From an uncultured Chloroflexia bacterium (lineage in GTDB: Bacteria; Chloroflexota; UBA6077; JACCZL01), in assembly GCA_963765765.1 (NCBI GenBank), contig CAVXYC010000029.1, positions 32,001 to 96,000 of the forward strand: 64,000 nt of DNA, in the 5' to 3' direction. Under the pieces are notes generated by a model. It was not told where the DNA came from. It saw only the letters and a program-made list of their open reading frames with translations, and ran no database searches. Each line of letters opens with the position of its first letter. The stretch's first letter is position 1. Shown here in pieces: positions 1 to 9,072 of this stretch. The position numbers and the translations under genes are program-made.

Positions 1-254
1 ACAACGAGGTGGTTTCCCGAGGTCTCGCCGTGATGCGCACGCTGATTGCGCACGGTGTTGAGGCAGGCGAGTTTCGCGAGACGGCGTTGGTCCAACTCCC
101 GCAGCCGCTGATCGCCGGAGCCCTGGTCGCCCTCCTGTGGGAATCGCTCTTCGGCCGCCTGCATCCCCTGGATACCGATCGACTGCTGGAAACCCACCTC
201 AACGTGATCCTGGATGGCCTGAAGACGCGGCCGACCGCGGCAACGTATCGATGA
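1..254 (+). CDS. TetR/AcrR-family regulator, C-terminal part (5' end outside window)
   Basis: Frame is open to the window edge. LIAHGVEAGEFR...LLETHLNVILDGL is typical of TetR C-terminal helices. Confidence 0.6.
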   Translation, partial: NEVVSRGLAVMRTLIAHGVEAGEFRETALVQLPQPLIAGALVALLWESLFGRLHPLDTDRLLETHLNVILDGLKTRPTAATYR

Positions 255-359
255 CCATCATACTGCGCCAGCTTGACAATGAAATCGTCGCGCAGCGCAC
301 AGTTGCAATCAAAAGCGAGAGCTATACTCGGCTTAGTTCGACCAACCGAGGTGGCTGAC

Positions 360-458
360 ATGGCTGACGAAGATTTCGAGCTGCCAATTCCCACGACTGA
401 AGAGCAGCTTCTAGAGCAAGATGGGCAGATGATTGTTCCTGACGAGCCCGAGGCATAG
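360..458 (+). CDS. small acidic 32-aa hypothetical protein (MADEDFELPIPTTEEQLLEQDGQMIVPDEPEA)
   Basis: GAGGTG Shine-Dalgarno at 348-353, 6 nt before the ATG at 360. Strongly acidic, non-random composition. Confidence 0.5.
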   Translation: MADEDFELPIPTTEEQLLEQDGQMIVPDEPEA

Positions 459-477
459 CTCGATTATCGAGGGCGGC

Positions 478-1659
478 CTAGCCGATCGCTGAGAGCGCTT
501 CCGCGTGCAGGTCAGCGTAGCGACCTTCCAGAATGGCCGTGCGCACGCGGGCGACCAGATTCATCAAATGCGCCACGTTATGGACGCTGGCGAGCCGGCA
601 GCCCAGCGCAGAACGAGTCTGGAACATCGAGCGCAGCGCTAGTCGGCTATATCGCTGACAGGTCGTGCAATCGCAGGCGCGATCGATCGGGCCATGTGGA
701 TCTTCGAGTGGTCCACGAACCAGACTGATCTTGCGCCAGCCGTGAAATACCCACCCGCCACGCCCCAGGCGGGTGGGTAGGACGCAATCGAACATATCGA
801 TCCCAAATCCTGGATAAGCAGCGATCTGCGCGGGCATACCCACGCCCATCAAGTACTTCGGCTTCTTCCCTGGCAGCGCATCGGCGCATAGCTGGGCAAG
901 CTCAGTTGTGAGTGCTGACGATTCACCAACGCTCAATCCCCCGATGGAGTAGCCGGGCAGGTCCATTGCCGCAAGCTCCTGAACGGCGCGTAGGCGCTCG
1001 CGTTCGTACATTCCGCCTTGAACGATTCCGAACAGCCACTGGTCATCCCGTTGCTGGGCGCGTTGACACCGTTCCAGCCAGCGCCTGGTGCGATCGGCCG
1101 CTGCCGCGGCGGCCGACTCATCCGCACCTGCCGGAAGGCAGACATCGAGGGGCATGATGATGTCCGCCCCGATGCGTTCCTGCAGGCCGATGACTGACTC
1201 GGGGGTGAATCGTCGCCTCCGACCATCAAGATGGGTGCGAATGGTGACGCCTGATTCCTCTAGGTCAATCAGGTCCGAAAGGCTGAATACCTGGTAGCCA
1301 CCGCTATCGGTGAGCATGGGGCCGTTCCAGCCTGTGAACCGCTGGATCCCGCCCAGTCTGGCAACGCGCGCGGCACCGGGCTGAAGCGCCAGGTGATAGG
1401 TATTCCCAAGGACACAGTGGGCGTTTGCCGCTCGAAGGTCCGATGGAGTCAGACCTTTGACGGTGCCAACCGTGCCCACCGGCATGAAGGTGGGTGTGGT
1501 GATGTCCCCATGTGGAGTGCGGATGCGTCCAATTCGGGCACCCGTCTGTTGACACTCAGTTAGGATCTCAAATGAAAGCGTGTTAGTTGACAGAATATTT
1601 GGCTCGTACGGGTTGATATACTCGTTGAGAGATGCTGAGGTTGACTTTCTCCGAGTCAA
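478..1659 (-). CDS. tgt: tRNA-guanine(34) transglycosylase
   Basis: TPTFMPVGT, NTYHL, TDSGGYQVFSL, GIVQGG, GGLSVGE, YLMGVG, DMFDCVLPTR and CxCxxC...HN zinc ligands. True start may lie slightly downstream. Confidence 0.95.
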   Translation of the reverse strand: MTRRKSTSASLNEYINPYEPNILSTNTLSFEILTECQQTGARIGRIRTPHGDITTPTFMPVGTVGTVKGLTPSDLRAANAHCVLGNTYHLALQPGAARVARLGGIQRFTGWNGPMLTDSGGYQVFSLSDLIDLEESGVTIRTHLDGRRRRFTPESVIGLQERIGADIIMPLDVCLPAGADESAAAAAADRTRRWLERCQRAQQRDDQWLFGIVQGGMYERERLRAVQELAAMDLPGYSIGGLSVGESSALTTELAQLCADALPGKKPKYLMGVGMPAQIAAYPGFGIDMFDCVLPTRLGRGGWVFHGWRKISLVRGPLEDPHGPIDRACDCTTCQRYSRLALRSMFQTRSALGCRLASVHNVAHLMNLVARVRTAILEGRYADLHAEALSAIG

Positions 1660-1793
1660 CGCCGTTCCGCCTGTCTGCCCGGAGAGAACGACTCCTCACG
1701 GATAAAAGCAGAGTCAGCCCGTTACTCCGAGCAGCATGACAGTGGTTCGATGCAGATAGCGCGAAACTGGTACTGATCAGCACGGAACAGAAT

Positions 1794-2027
1794 ATGCCAC
1801 TTGATTCCATCGCTAAATCGCTCATCCTGTTCGGCCTTGTCATTCTGGTGATGGGCGTGGTGATGCTGTTTGCTGGGCGGGTGCCTGGCCTGGGAAATCT
1901 ACCCGGCGATATCTTCTGGCAGCGAGACAACGTAAGCATTTATATCCCGATTGTCACAAGCATCGTCGTAAGCGTGGTCCTGACGGTCGTGCTCAACATC
2001 GTCGCGCGTGTGTTCTGGCGTCAATGA
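1794..2027 (+). CDS. DUF2905-family small membrane protein
   Basis: Two hydrophobic helices flanking GLGNLPGDI...YIPIVTSIVVSVVLT. This family commonly lies just upstream of queA. Confidence 0.85.
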   Translation: MPLDSIAKSLILFGLVILVMGVVMLFAGRVPGLGNLPGDIFWQRDNVSIYIPIVTSIVVSVVLTVVLNIVARVFWRQ

Positions 2028-3066
2028 CGCGGGACGAGACAGAATCGCTATCTACGGCCGATTTTGACTACGAGTTACCCTCAGAGCTGATAGCGCAGGC
2101 CCCGGTAGAGCCGCGCGATAGCTCCGCCTCATGGTCATTCCCCGAGCAGGCGGTTTGGAGCATCGGACATTTCGAGACGTTCTCGAATACATGAGGCCCG
2201 GAGACCTGTTAGTTGCCAACCGGAGCCGCGTTATTCCTGCCCGAATCACAGCCCGCCGGCCGGGCGGTGGAATCGCTGAGATTCTGCTGCTTCATCAGGT
2301 GGCCCGCGGCCGCTGGGAAGTCCTCGTTCGGCCCGGGCGTCGAATCTTTCCGGGCATGTTTCTTACCATTGATGACAGGCTATCGCTGGACGTCATCGAC
2401 CGAACGGATCGAGGGTGGGCGTATCGTCGAGGTACGAGGCGACTATCCCGATCCGGACGTGGCGTTGCTGGAGCGAGGCGCTGTTCCGCTACCGCCATAC
2501 GTAGAAGGATGGGTCGGGGAATCGGAGCGGTATCAGACCATTTACGCGGACCATCTTGGCTCTGTAGCGGCACCGACCGCCGGCCAGTCCATTTCACGCC
2601 TGACCTCCTGGAACGATTGGAGGAAGTCCGGCGTGCGTTGGGAGGTCTTAACGCTTCATGTAGGTCTGGGGACATTTCGACCGGTCAAATCCGAGGATGT
2701 CAGCGCTCATACGATGCACCGTGAGATGGTGGACGTTCCAGCCAGAATCATCGACGCTGTCGTACAGACCAGGCAGCGCGGCGGACGGGTCATCGCGGTC
2801 GGCACGACCACTGTTCGCGCGCTGGAGTCAGCGATGCGCTTCGGCGGAGCTGAGGGCTGGCAGGGCTGGACCGAGCTGTTCATCACGCCGGATTCGAGTT
2901 CCGCGCAATCGATGGATTGATCACGAATTTACATCTTCCGCGATCCACACTCATGATGCTGGTGAGCGGGCTCGTGGGGCGGGATCGCCTACTCGATTGC
3001 TACCGTGAGGCCATCGAGATGCGCTATCGCTTCTTTAGCTTTGGCGATGCCATGCTGATCATCTGA
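2024..3066 (+). CDS. queA: S-adenosylmethionine:tRNA ribosyltransferase-isomerase, broken by about 5 frameshifts
   Basis: [67 protein letters not shown] and [13 protein letters not shown] are spread over different frames (shifts near 2124, 2417, 2586, 2625, 2890). Confidence 0.9.
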
Positions 3067-3079
3067 AGTCCGGACATGA

Positions 3080-3207
3080 GACCGCGACCGCCGACATCCT
3101 GTCGCTCGGCCCGCGAGGGCCGCCTTGAGAAATCCATGACTAGCGGGAGCGGTAGGATCGATAGCGGACCTTGGGGGCCGAGCGACAGGCTATCGGCGGT
3201 CGCGGTC
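3080..3207. repeat. REP/MITE-like inverted doublet (33-bp arms, 62-nt spacer)
   Basis: 3080-3112 GACCGCGACCGCCGACATCCTGTCGCTCGGCCC is the reverse complement of 3175-3207 with 2 mismatches. It lies between convergent queA and mutY. Confidence 0.8.
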
Positions 3208-4183
3208 AGTGTGGGAGGCGGACGACGAGCTCGCCGCCAAGCTCAGTCTGCTCAGCGAGACCGTCATCCACGAGGCTGGCCAGAAGAGCCGCGAGATCAA
3301 CTTCTTCGGATTCGTGTCCGGCTGGTAGGTTGGCCACAACTGCGCGCCATTCGACAAAGTCATCGTGATCGAATGCTCGAAGCGCGTTGACGATACGGCC
3401 GCGCCAACGCCTGCGGGCCGCGCCCGTATCGGGGCGTGCGGCGTACTCAGTTCGAGCTTCCCGGACCCTGCGGACAGGCCCTCCACTCGACTCGGTTTCT
3501 CGTCGCCAGCGGCAGAGCGCAGCGGCGGGACAGAGCTCACATTGGGGGACTACCGCTCCGCAGATTGTGGCACCAAGGTCCATGAGAGCCTGATTCCAGC
3601 GGTATGCGTCTCCGACAGGTAGGACCGCCTCGGCGAGCTTCCAGGCGATCGACTCGCTCACTCCATCACGCTCGCCCAGGATGAGTCGACCGAGCACCCG
3701 ACGGACATTTGTGTCTACGACCGTTGTTTGCTGTTCGAAGGCGAAACACGCGACGGCGCCGGCTGTGTATCGACCCAGGCCGGGCAGCGATTGCAGATCC
3801 GCGAGCGTCTCAGGGAGCACGCCGTCGAAGCGCTCCTTAGCCGCCCTGGCGGCAAGGTGGAGATATCGCGCACGGCGGTTGTAGCCCAGTGGGGACCACA
3901 CCCTCAGGACTTCACTGAGCGGAGCATCAGCCAGGGCGCTAAGCGTTGGAAATCGCTGGAGAAATTGCTCGTACTTCGGCAGTACCCGGTCAACCTGCGT
4001 CTGCTGGAGCATGATCTCCGAAACGAGTACTTGGTACGGATCACGCGTCCGCCGCCAGGGTAATTCGCGGCTGTTGCCATCGTACCAACGAAAGATGGCG
4101 TCATGGAGCGACGCGTAAGAATCCCTTCCGTCGTCGGTCGATGAAGCGCGAGTTATATTCAGTTTTGGACTTGCTCCCGGCAT
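3206..4183 (-). CDS. mutY: A/G-specific adenine glycosylase
   Basis: RELPWR, PYQVLVSEIMLQQTQV, WSPLGYNRRARYLH, HhH LPGLGRYTA, VDTNVRRV, NQALMDLGATIC and a CxxCP..C Fe-S motif. Start uncertain. Confidence 0.92.
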   Translation of the reverse strand: MPGASPKLNITRASSTDDGRDSYASLHDAIFRWYDGNSRELPWRRTRDPYQVLVSEIMLQQTQVDRVLPKYEQFLQRFPTLSALADAPLSEVLRVWSPLGYNRRARYLHLAARAAKERFDGVLPETLADLQSLPGLGRYTAGAVACFAFEQQTTVVDTNVRRVLGRLILGERDGVSESIAWKLAEAVLPVGDAYRWNQALMDLGATICGAVVPQCELCPAAALCRWRRETESSGGPVRRVREARTEYAARPDTGAARRRWRGRIVNALRAFDHDDFVEWRAVVANLPAGHESEEVDLAALLASLVDDGLAEQTELGGELVVRLPH

Positions 4184-4243
4184 CGGAAAAGCATACCATC
4201 CGAGCTTGTCGCCCCAGTTCGCTAACTTGGGGCCGATGTATTC

Positions 4244-7081
4244 ATGAGCATCGTCCAGGCGCCAACGAGAAGGTCCGGCACCCGTCGAATTCAGGATGAG
4301 CCCGCCCGGGTTCATTTCCCTGACGCTGGCGCGACGGCAGCATCCTCACCGCGCCGAGTAGCCGCCCCGAGCAGGCCGGCAAACTCAGTACTCGACTCGA
4401 GCGTCACCTCCCTTGTAGCGCTGAGTGTCATCGCAATCGCGATGCTCGAGCTGGCCCTCATGATTGGCGATTGGTTTGGAAGCCTCCTCGCCATGCTCGC
4501 GTCGGCCATGGCGCTTGTGGCGGCGATCACATCCGGGCTTGCCTATCTCTCAGTCGAGCCGCGTGAAAAGCTCGCCTGGCTCGCCGCCTGGCTAGGTGCC
4601 GGAGTTCTGATGCTGGGGCTAGCAATGCTTGCCATGGTTGGCGGCACGCTCGGTACGCCCGCGCAACAGTGGGCAGAGCGGGTTTTGATCTGCGCTGTTC
4701 CTTTGCTGCTGGCGGCGGCGCTTCTCCGCGTAGACGGCGAGCTCACCACATTTCGAACGCTGAAGCTTGTGGCCGACATTCTCGTATTGGGCTTCACCAT
4801 CGTTATCGGCGTCACCGTCATCAGTGACGCCGATAGCATCGTCCTGACGAGTCGCGGCGCGGCCATGGTTGAATCGGGCGTTTTTGCCAGTGCCTACGTA
4901 TGTCTTGCCTTTGGCTGGATCATCGTGGCGCGACCATTCTTGCTCCGCAGTCGGATAACGCCGCCGGCGGCGTTTGCCTGGGGCTGCGTTGTGATCTCGG
5001 GGGGCGCCTGCGCTCAAGCACTGGCTATGGTCCATATTCTGCCAAGTCGATGGATCGGGGTTCCATTCTGGATCGTCGGCATCGCGTCGCTGTGTTACGC
5101 GGGCTATCTCGGAGCACGCGGAGATCGCGTGATGGGCGCTGAGCAGACCGACGCGTCGATGCTCTTCAGCAGTCGGCTCCACCTCATCCCGTCCATCGCC
5201 GCGGCCTTGCTGCTGCTGGCCATCTGGAGCAGTCAGGCGGTGACGCTCTCGCCGCCTTCGCTGGTCGTGTACTTCGCCTCAAACGTTCTGGCGGGGCTCA
5301 TCGTTGCACGACTCATCATCACGGTCTGCGAAAACTCATCGCTTCTCACGCATATTGAAGGCACCATCGAAAATGAGGAGAGCTTCCGCGATCTCGGTGT
5401 GGCCCTCAACTCGAGTTTGGAGATCCAGCGCGTCTTCCAGCACGTCTGTAAGATTGGCGCAGTCATCATGCGCGCCGACCTGGCGGTACTTTGGCTCGTT
5501 GACCGTAGGGCTCAGGACCTCGAGCTCGTTGAGCTGGTGGGCCGCCCTCGTCAAGACTTCGTTGGCCGGCGCATCTCGCTGAACGATCTTCAGTCGGTGG
5601 CTGTGCGGGTGGTACGGTCCGGCGATCCGGAGGTCATCCCCTACGCGCTGGGATCACGCAACTCCAACCCGTTCCTCAACACGATGTTCCACTCTCAGTG
5701 TGTTCTCGGCGTACCGCTCACGCGTCAGGACCATCAGCCGGTTGGCGCGCTCGTCTTTTGCAGCAGTCGGAACCCCACCGCATTCCAGAAGCGGGACACG
5801 GCGAAAGCTGAAGTACTGGCCGTCCAGGCCGTGGTAGCAATGGACAATGCGCGGCTTTACGGTGCTCAACACGATCGACTTCAGGAAATGTCCGCTCTCT
5901 TTGAGATCGCACAGGCTGCCAGTCGAACGTTCTCTACGCATGAGCTCTGCAATGAGCTTCTTGTCATCCTTGGACACGTGGTGGCGTATCGCTCCGCCAC
6001 CGTTTACCTGACTGATACCAGCACCGGCGTGCTCCGTGGAGCAGTTCATAACATCAGGCCGAACGACGAAGGGGGTAGACCCCCGCGGCCAATCGGTCCA
6101 ACCGCCCTCGCGTCTCAGGTGTTCGAAGACGCGCGAGCAGCCTCAGCGGAATATGGCCCTGACGATCCGGAGGCGCGTCGCGGGCACCCGCCAACGCTCG
6201 TTCGAATCGCAGTGCCGCTGCCATCCAAAGAGGGCCCTCCGCTCGGGGTAGTGGAAGTGGAGAGTCATCAGGCTGATGCATTTGATCGCACGACGATCAA
6301 TCTGCTGACGTCCTTGGCGCATAATGCTGCCCTGGCGATTGTGAATCTCCACCTCGTTGAGGAAGCGCGTCAAGTGGCGGCACTCAAAGAGCTGGACCGT
6401 CTCAAAGACGAGCTCCTTGCTACCGTCTCCCACGAGCTCCGGACACCGCTCGGCTCCATCAAGGGATACTCCACAACGCTGATGAAGCATGCCGCCAGGC
6501 TCAGCGATGAAGAGCGACAAGAGTTTCTCACGATCATCGATGAAGAAGCCGATCGTCTGAACGAGCTCATTGGAAACCTTCTCGACCTCTCAAGTCTGCA
6601 AGCCGGCATGTTGTCGATGCGGCGGGAGCCGATCCGCTTGCGCGAAATCGCGGACACCGCGGTGAGGCGAGCGGGCCGCCGATCAGAGCAGCATGATGTC
6701 AGCCTAGATTGGGCGGCTGATCCCGTTATTCTTGCCGACTCCAAGCGTATGGAGCAGGTGTTCATGAACTTGCTCGTGAACGCCATAAAGTACTCTCCAG
6801 ACGGCGGTCTTGTCCTTATGCGCGCCGAGCAAGATCAGGGATATCTGATCGTGAGCGTCACCGACGAGGGTGTTGGCATCCCGAGCGGAGAGGTCGGTAG
6901 AATCTTCGATCGCTTTCATCGAGTGGAAGGTGAGCTCAAGCACCGTATCGGCGGGACGGGGCTTGGTCTGGCGATCTGTCGTCGTCTCATTGATGCCCAC
7001 CAGGGAAAGATCTGGGTGGAAAGCCAACTTGGGAAAGGCAGCACGTTCTATATTTCGCTGCCGATTCACGGAAAAGATTGA
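4244..7081 (+). CDS. membrane sensor histidine kinase (multi-TM, two GAF domains, HisKA, HATPase)
   Basis: About 10 hydrophobic segments in the N-terminal 360 aa, two GAF-like regions, H-box SHELRTPL, NLLVNAIKYS, DEGVGI, FDRFHR, GTGLGL. Confidence 0.92.
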   Translation: MSIVQAPTRRSGTRRIQDEPARVHFPDAGATAASSPRRVAAPSRPANSVLDSSVTSLVALSVIAIAMLELALMIGDWFGSLLAMLASAMALVAAITSGLAYLSVEPREKLAWLAAWLGAGVLMLGLAMLAMVGGTLGTPAQQWAERVLICAVPLLLAAALLRVDGELTTFRTLKLVADILVLGFTIVIGVTVISDADSIVLTSRGAAMVESGVFASAYVCLAFGWIIVARPFLLRSRITPPAAFAWGCVVISGGACAQALAMVHILPSRWIGVPFWIVGIASLCYAGYLGARGDRVMGAEQTDASMLFSSRLHLIPSIAAALLLLAIWSSQAVTLSPPSLVVYFASNVLAGLIVARLIITVCENSSLLTHIEGTIENEESFRDLGVALNSSLEIQRVFQHVCKIGAVIMRADLAVLWLVDRRAQDLELVELVGRPRQDFVGRRISLNDLQSVAVRVVRSGDPEVIPYALGSRNSNPFLNTMFHSQCVLGVPLTRQDHQPVGALVFCSSRNPTAFQKRDTAKAEVLAVQAVVAMDNARLYGAQHDRLQEMSALFEIAQAASRTFSTHELCNELLVILGHVVAYRSATVYLTDTSTGVLRGAVHNIRPNDEGGRPPRPIGPTALASQVFEDARAASAEYGPDDPEARRGHPPTLVRIAVPLPSKEGPPLGVVEVESHQADAFDRTTINLLTSLAHNAALAIVNLHLVEEARQVAALKELDRLKDELLATVSHELRTPLGSIKGYSTTLMKHAARLSDEERQEFLTIIDEEADRLNELIGNLLDLSSLQAGMLSMRREPIRLREIADTAVRRAGRRSEQHDVSLDWAADPVILADSKRMEQVFMNLLVNAIKYSPDGGLVLMRAEQDQGYLIVSVTDEGVGIPSGEVGRIFDRFHRVEGELKHRIGGTGLGLAICRRLIDAHQGKIWVESQLGKGSTFYISLPIHGKD

Positions 7082-7779
7082 TGAATACCAAGAGAGCCTC
7101 CGTACTTGTCGTAGATGACGACCCACGCCTTCTTCGCTTCGTTCAGCGGAATCTGGAGCTGAATGGGTATCGCACCGTTACGGCCATGGATGGCTTGGCC
7201 GCCCTGACCGCGTGCGAAGCGCAGGAGCTCGACTTATTGCTGGTGGACCTCGGAATCCCGGGTATCGATGGATTTGAAGTCACGCGTCGCGTGCGCGAAT
7301 TTTCGACTTTGCCGATCATCATCATTACGGCACGCGACAACGAGCAGGACAAGGTGAGAGGCCTTGACGCTGGCGCAGATGATTACCTGACGAAGCCATT
7401 TGGCGAACATGAGCTAATGGCTCGGGTGCGAGCGGTGCTTCGTCGAGCCAAGCTCTATGCTGTTGACCAGGGGCAGCCGGCCTTCCAGACAGGTGAGCTC
7501 ACTGTTGACTTCGCTCAGCAGCTCGCACTTATCAGTGATAAACCCGCGAATCTCACGCCGACTGAATTCCGCATTGTTTCGCACCTTGCGAAAAGTGCCG
7601 GACGAGTCGTCACGCAGACCGATCTGCTGACGAAGGTTTGGGGACCTGAGTACAAAGACGAAGCGCACCTCTTGCGGGTCAATATTGCTCGGCTTCGCGG
7701 CAAGATTGAGCCCGACACGAGCAACCCGCGCTACGTAATCACTCGACCCGGGGTCGGCTACGTTCTGAACAAGAATTAG
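7078..7779 (+). CDS. OmpR/KdpE-family DNA-binding response regulator
   Basis: LVVDDD, phosphoacceptor LLVDL, GADDYLTKPF and winged helix LTPTEF...VNIARLRGKIE...GVGY. Overlaps the kinase stop codon. Confidence 0.93.
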   Translation: MMNTKRASVLVVDDDPRLLRFVQRNLELNGYRTVTAMDGLAALTACEAQELDLLLVDLGIPGIDGFEVTRRVREFSTLPIIIITARDNEQDKVRGLDAGADDYLTKPFGEHELMARVRAVLRRAKLYAVDQGQPAFQTGELTVDFAQQLALISDKPANLTPTEFRIVSHLAKSAGRVVTQTDLLTKVWGPEYKDEAHLLRVNIARLRGKIEPDTSNPRYVITRPGVGYVLNKN

Positions 7780-7848
7780 CCCAGACAGTTCATCCCGGAC
7801 GTCGCTAGACACTGCGCCAATCTCGTTTAAACAATGTTCTAATCCCGC

Positions 7849-7870
7849 GCGATGATCGGAAGATCATCGC
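7849..7870 (+). terminator. stable hairpin downstream of the response regulator (possible terminator or 3' stem)
   Basis: GCGATGATC-GGAA-GATCATCGC, a perfect 9-bp stem with a GNRA loop. No clear U-tract. Confidence 0.4.
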
Positions 7871-7983
7871 CATTCATAGTGTTCCGCTTTCCACGCGTTG
7901 CGCCCCAACACTACCCGGACATCGAGTGATGCAAAGTGCACACGCGAGACTAACTCCGGCCGGTTCATGTCCCGCGTATCGGT

Positions 7984-8035
7984 CTGTGATGCCACTGTGA
8001 TGAAAGTGGACGCCCAGCGTAACGGGCCTGTGATG
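7984..8035. promoter_or_regulatory. 11-bp-phased direct-repeat array, candidate OmpR/PhoB-family binding site
   Basis: CTGTGATG at 7984, 7995 and 8028, with degenerate GCGTAACG at 8017. All are at multiples of 11 bp. Confidence 0.6.
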
Positions 8036-8186
8036 CGATAGTGCGGATGATGCTGGTGGCGGTGGACCTAGCCAGTAGCTCCGGCATCGGGGCGATGGGG
8101 AAGAGCTACCGTGACCATGACGGTTGTGTGGCGTGAAATTGGGGGGTCAATGGCACGTTGCACAACCGCATCGTGACTTTTGGATT

Positions 8187-8396
8187 ATGAACTCAAGAGC
8201 CGTCGGTTCAACCACGAGTGCTAGCGCCACTCAACAGGCTCGTCCCGAGTCTGTTTTGAGCACGACTGATCTTCAGCGTCTCACATTGTTCAAGTGGCGA
8301 TATACGCTTGAGGCGCAGGGCTTCACTACTCCCCAATGCGACGGGTTACTTTTCCTGCGCTGGCTTAGGGTACGTCGACCGCTCACACTCCGATAA
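8187..8396 (+). CDS. small hypothetical protein (69 aa) with an internally repeated helical motif
   Basis: The ORF fills the intergenic space. LSTTDLQRLTLFKWRY and FTTPQCDGLLFLRWLR resemble each other. Confidence 0.6.
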   Translation: MNSRAVGSTTSASATQQARPESVLSTTDLQRLTLFKWRYTLEAQGFTTPQCDGLLFLRWLRVRRPLTLR

Positions 8397-8490
8397 CTCC
8401 TTCCTCTAGCCCTGATGACAGATTAGGGCTTGCAGCTTGTACGAAATTCCCAGTACGCTTCCGACCCTTGCGGGGGCGTTGGCACTGCTC

Positions 8491-8994
8491 ATGATGGATG
8501 TTGGTTTCAGCCTGAGGGCCGCGACTCTCGACGATCAGCCTGAGATTCGAGGCCGAGTGACTGTCACGCTCAACCATCCCGAGGGTGGGGCTCGACCGCC
8601 AAGTCTCCGCGGTTCTATTGAACGAGGCGAAGTCTTACTTCTCGAGTTTTTTGACCCACGCGAGCGTCAGACACGGATAGGCGGTTTCATCGAATACCGA
8701 TTGCGCGTTGACGACAGTCTCACCATTCGTGAGGTAGGCGTGGAGGAAGGTCCGTCTCAGGTGGCGATTGCCAAGCATCTCTTGAATGGCGTGCTGGATT
8801 CCGTGAGACCGGTAGCGGCGACGGTAAAGGTTCTTCGCGATGCAAGCTTCTGGAACGAGATTCTCGCGACGATCGTGGGCTTCCAGATTGAGGGGCCGCC
8901 TGAGTACAGTCGGAGGCACTATTTCAATGTTTGGGAATGGAGACGCGAGCGTGCCAGCGCGCGCAACACGCGACCTCGGGGTGGCAGGCGTTAG
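8491..8994 (+). CDS. hypothetical protein, possibly GNAT-like fold
   Basis: FSLRAATLDD start, IGGFIEY..., TIREVGV...IAKHLL pattern resemble GNAT beta-strands and motif A, but the CoA-binding Gly motif is degenerate. Confidence 0.55.
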   Translation: MMDVGFSLRAATLDDQPEIRGRVTVTLNHPEGGARPPSLRGSIERGEVLLLEFFDPRERQTRIGGFIEYRLRVDDSLTIREVGVEEGPSQVAIAKHLLNGVLDSVRPVAATVKVLRDASFWNEILATIVGFQIEGPPEYSRRHYFNVWEWRRERASARNTRPRGGRR

Positions 8995-9072
8995 CCAATG
9001 GTTCAACCTCTTGCCCTGTGCTACACTCTCGCCCGTTCCGAAGCCCGCCCCAAGGTTTTTATCGAAGGAGAT

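Noticed and set aside
273-328. TTGACA, TTGCAA and TATACT hexamers as a promoter for the 32-aa ORF
   Set aside because: Spacings to TATACT (44 and 14 nt) do not fit a sigma70 promoter.
1660-2023. preQ1 riboswitch near tgt/queA
   Set aside because: No recognisable preQ1 stem-loop with an A-rich tail on either strand.
7984-8035. Short repeats as a CRISPR array
   Set aside because: Units are 8 bp with an 11-bp period, there are no unique spacers of CRISPR length, and there are no cas genes.
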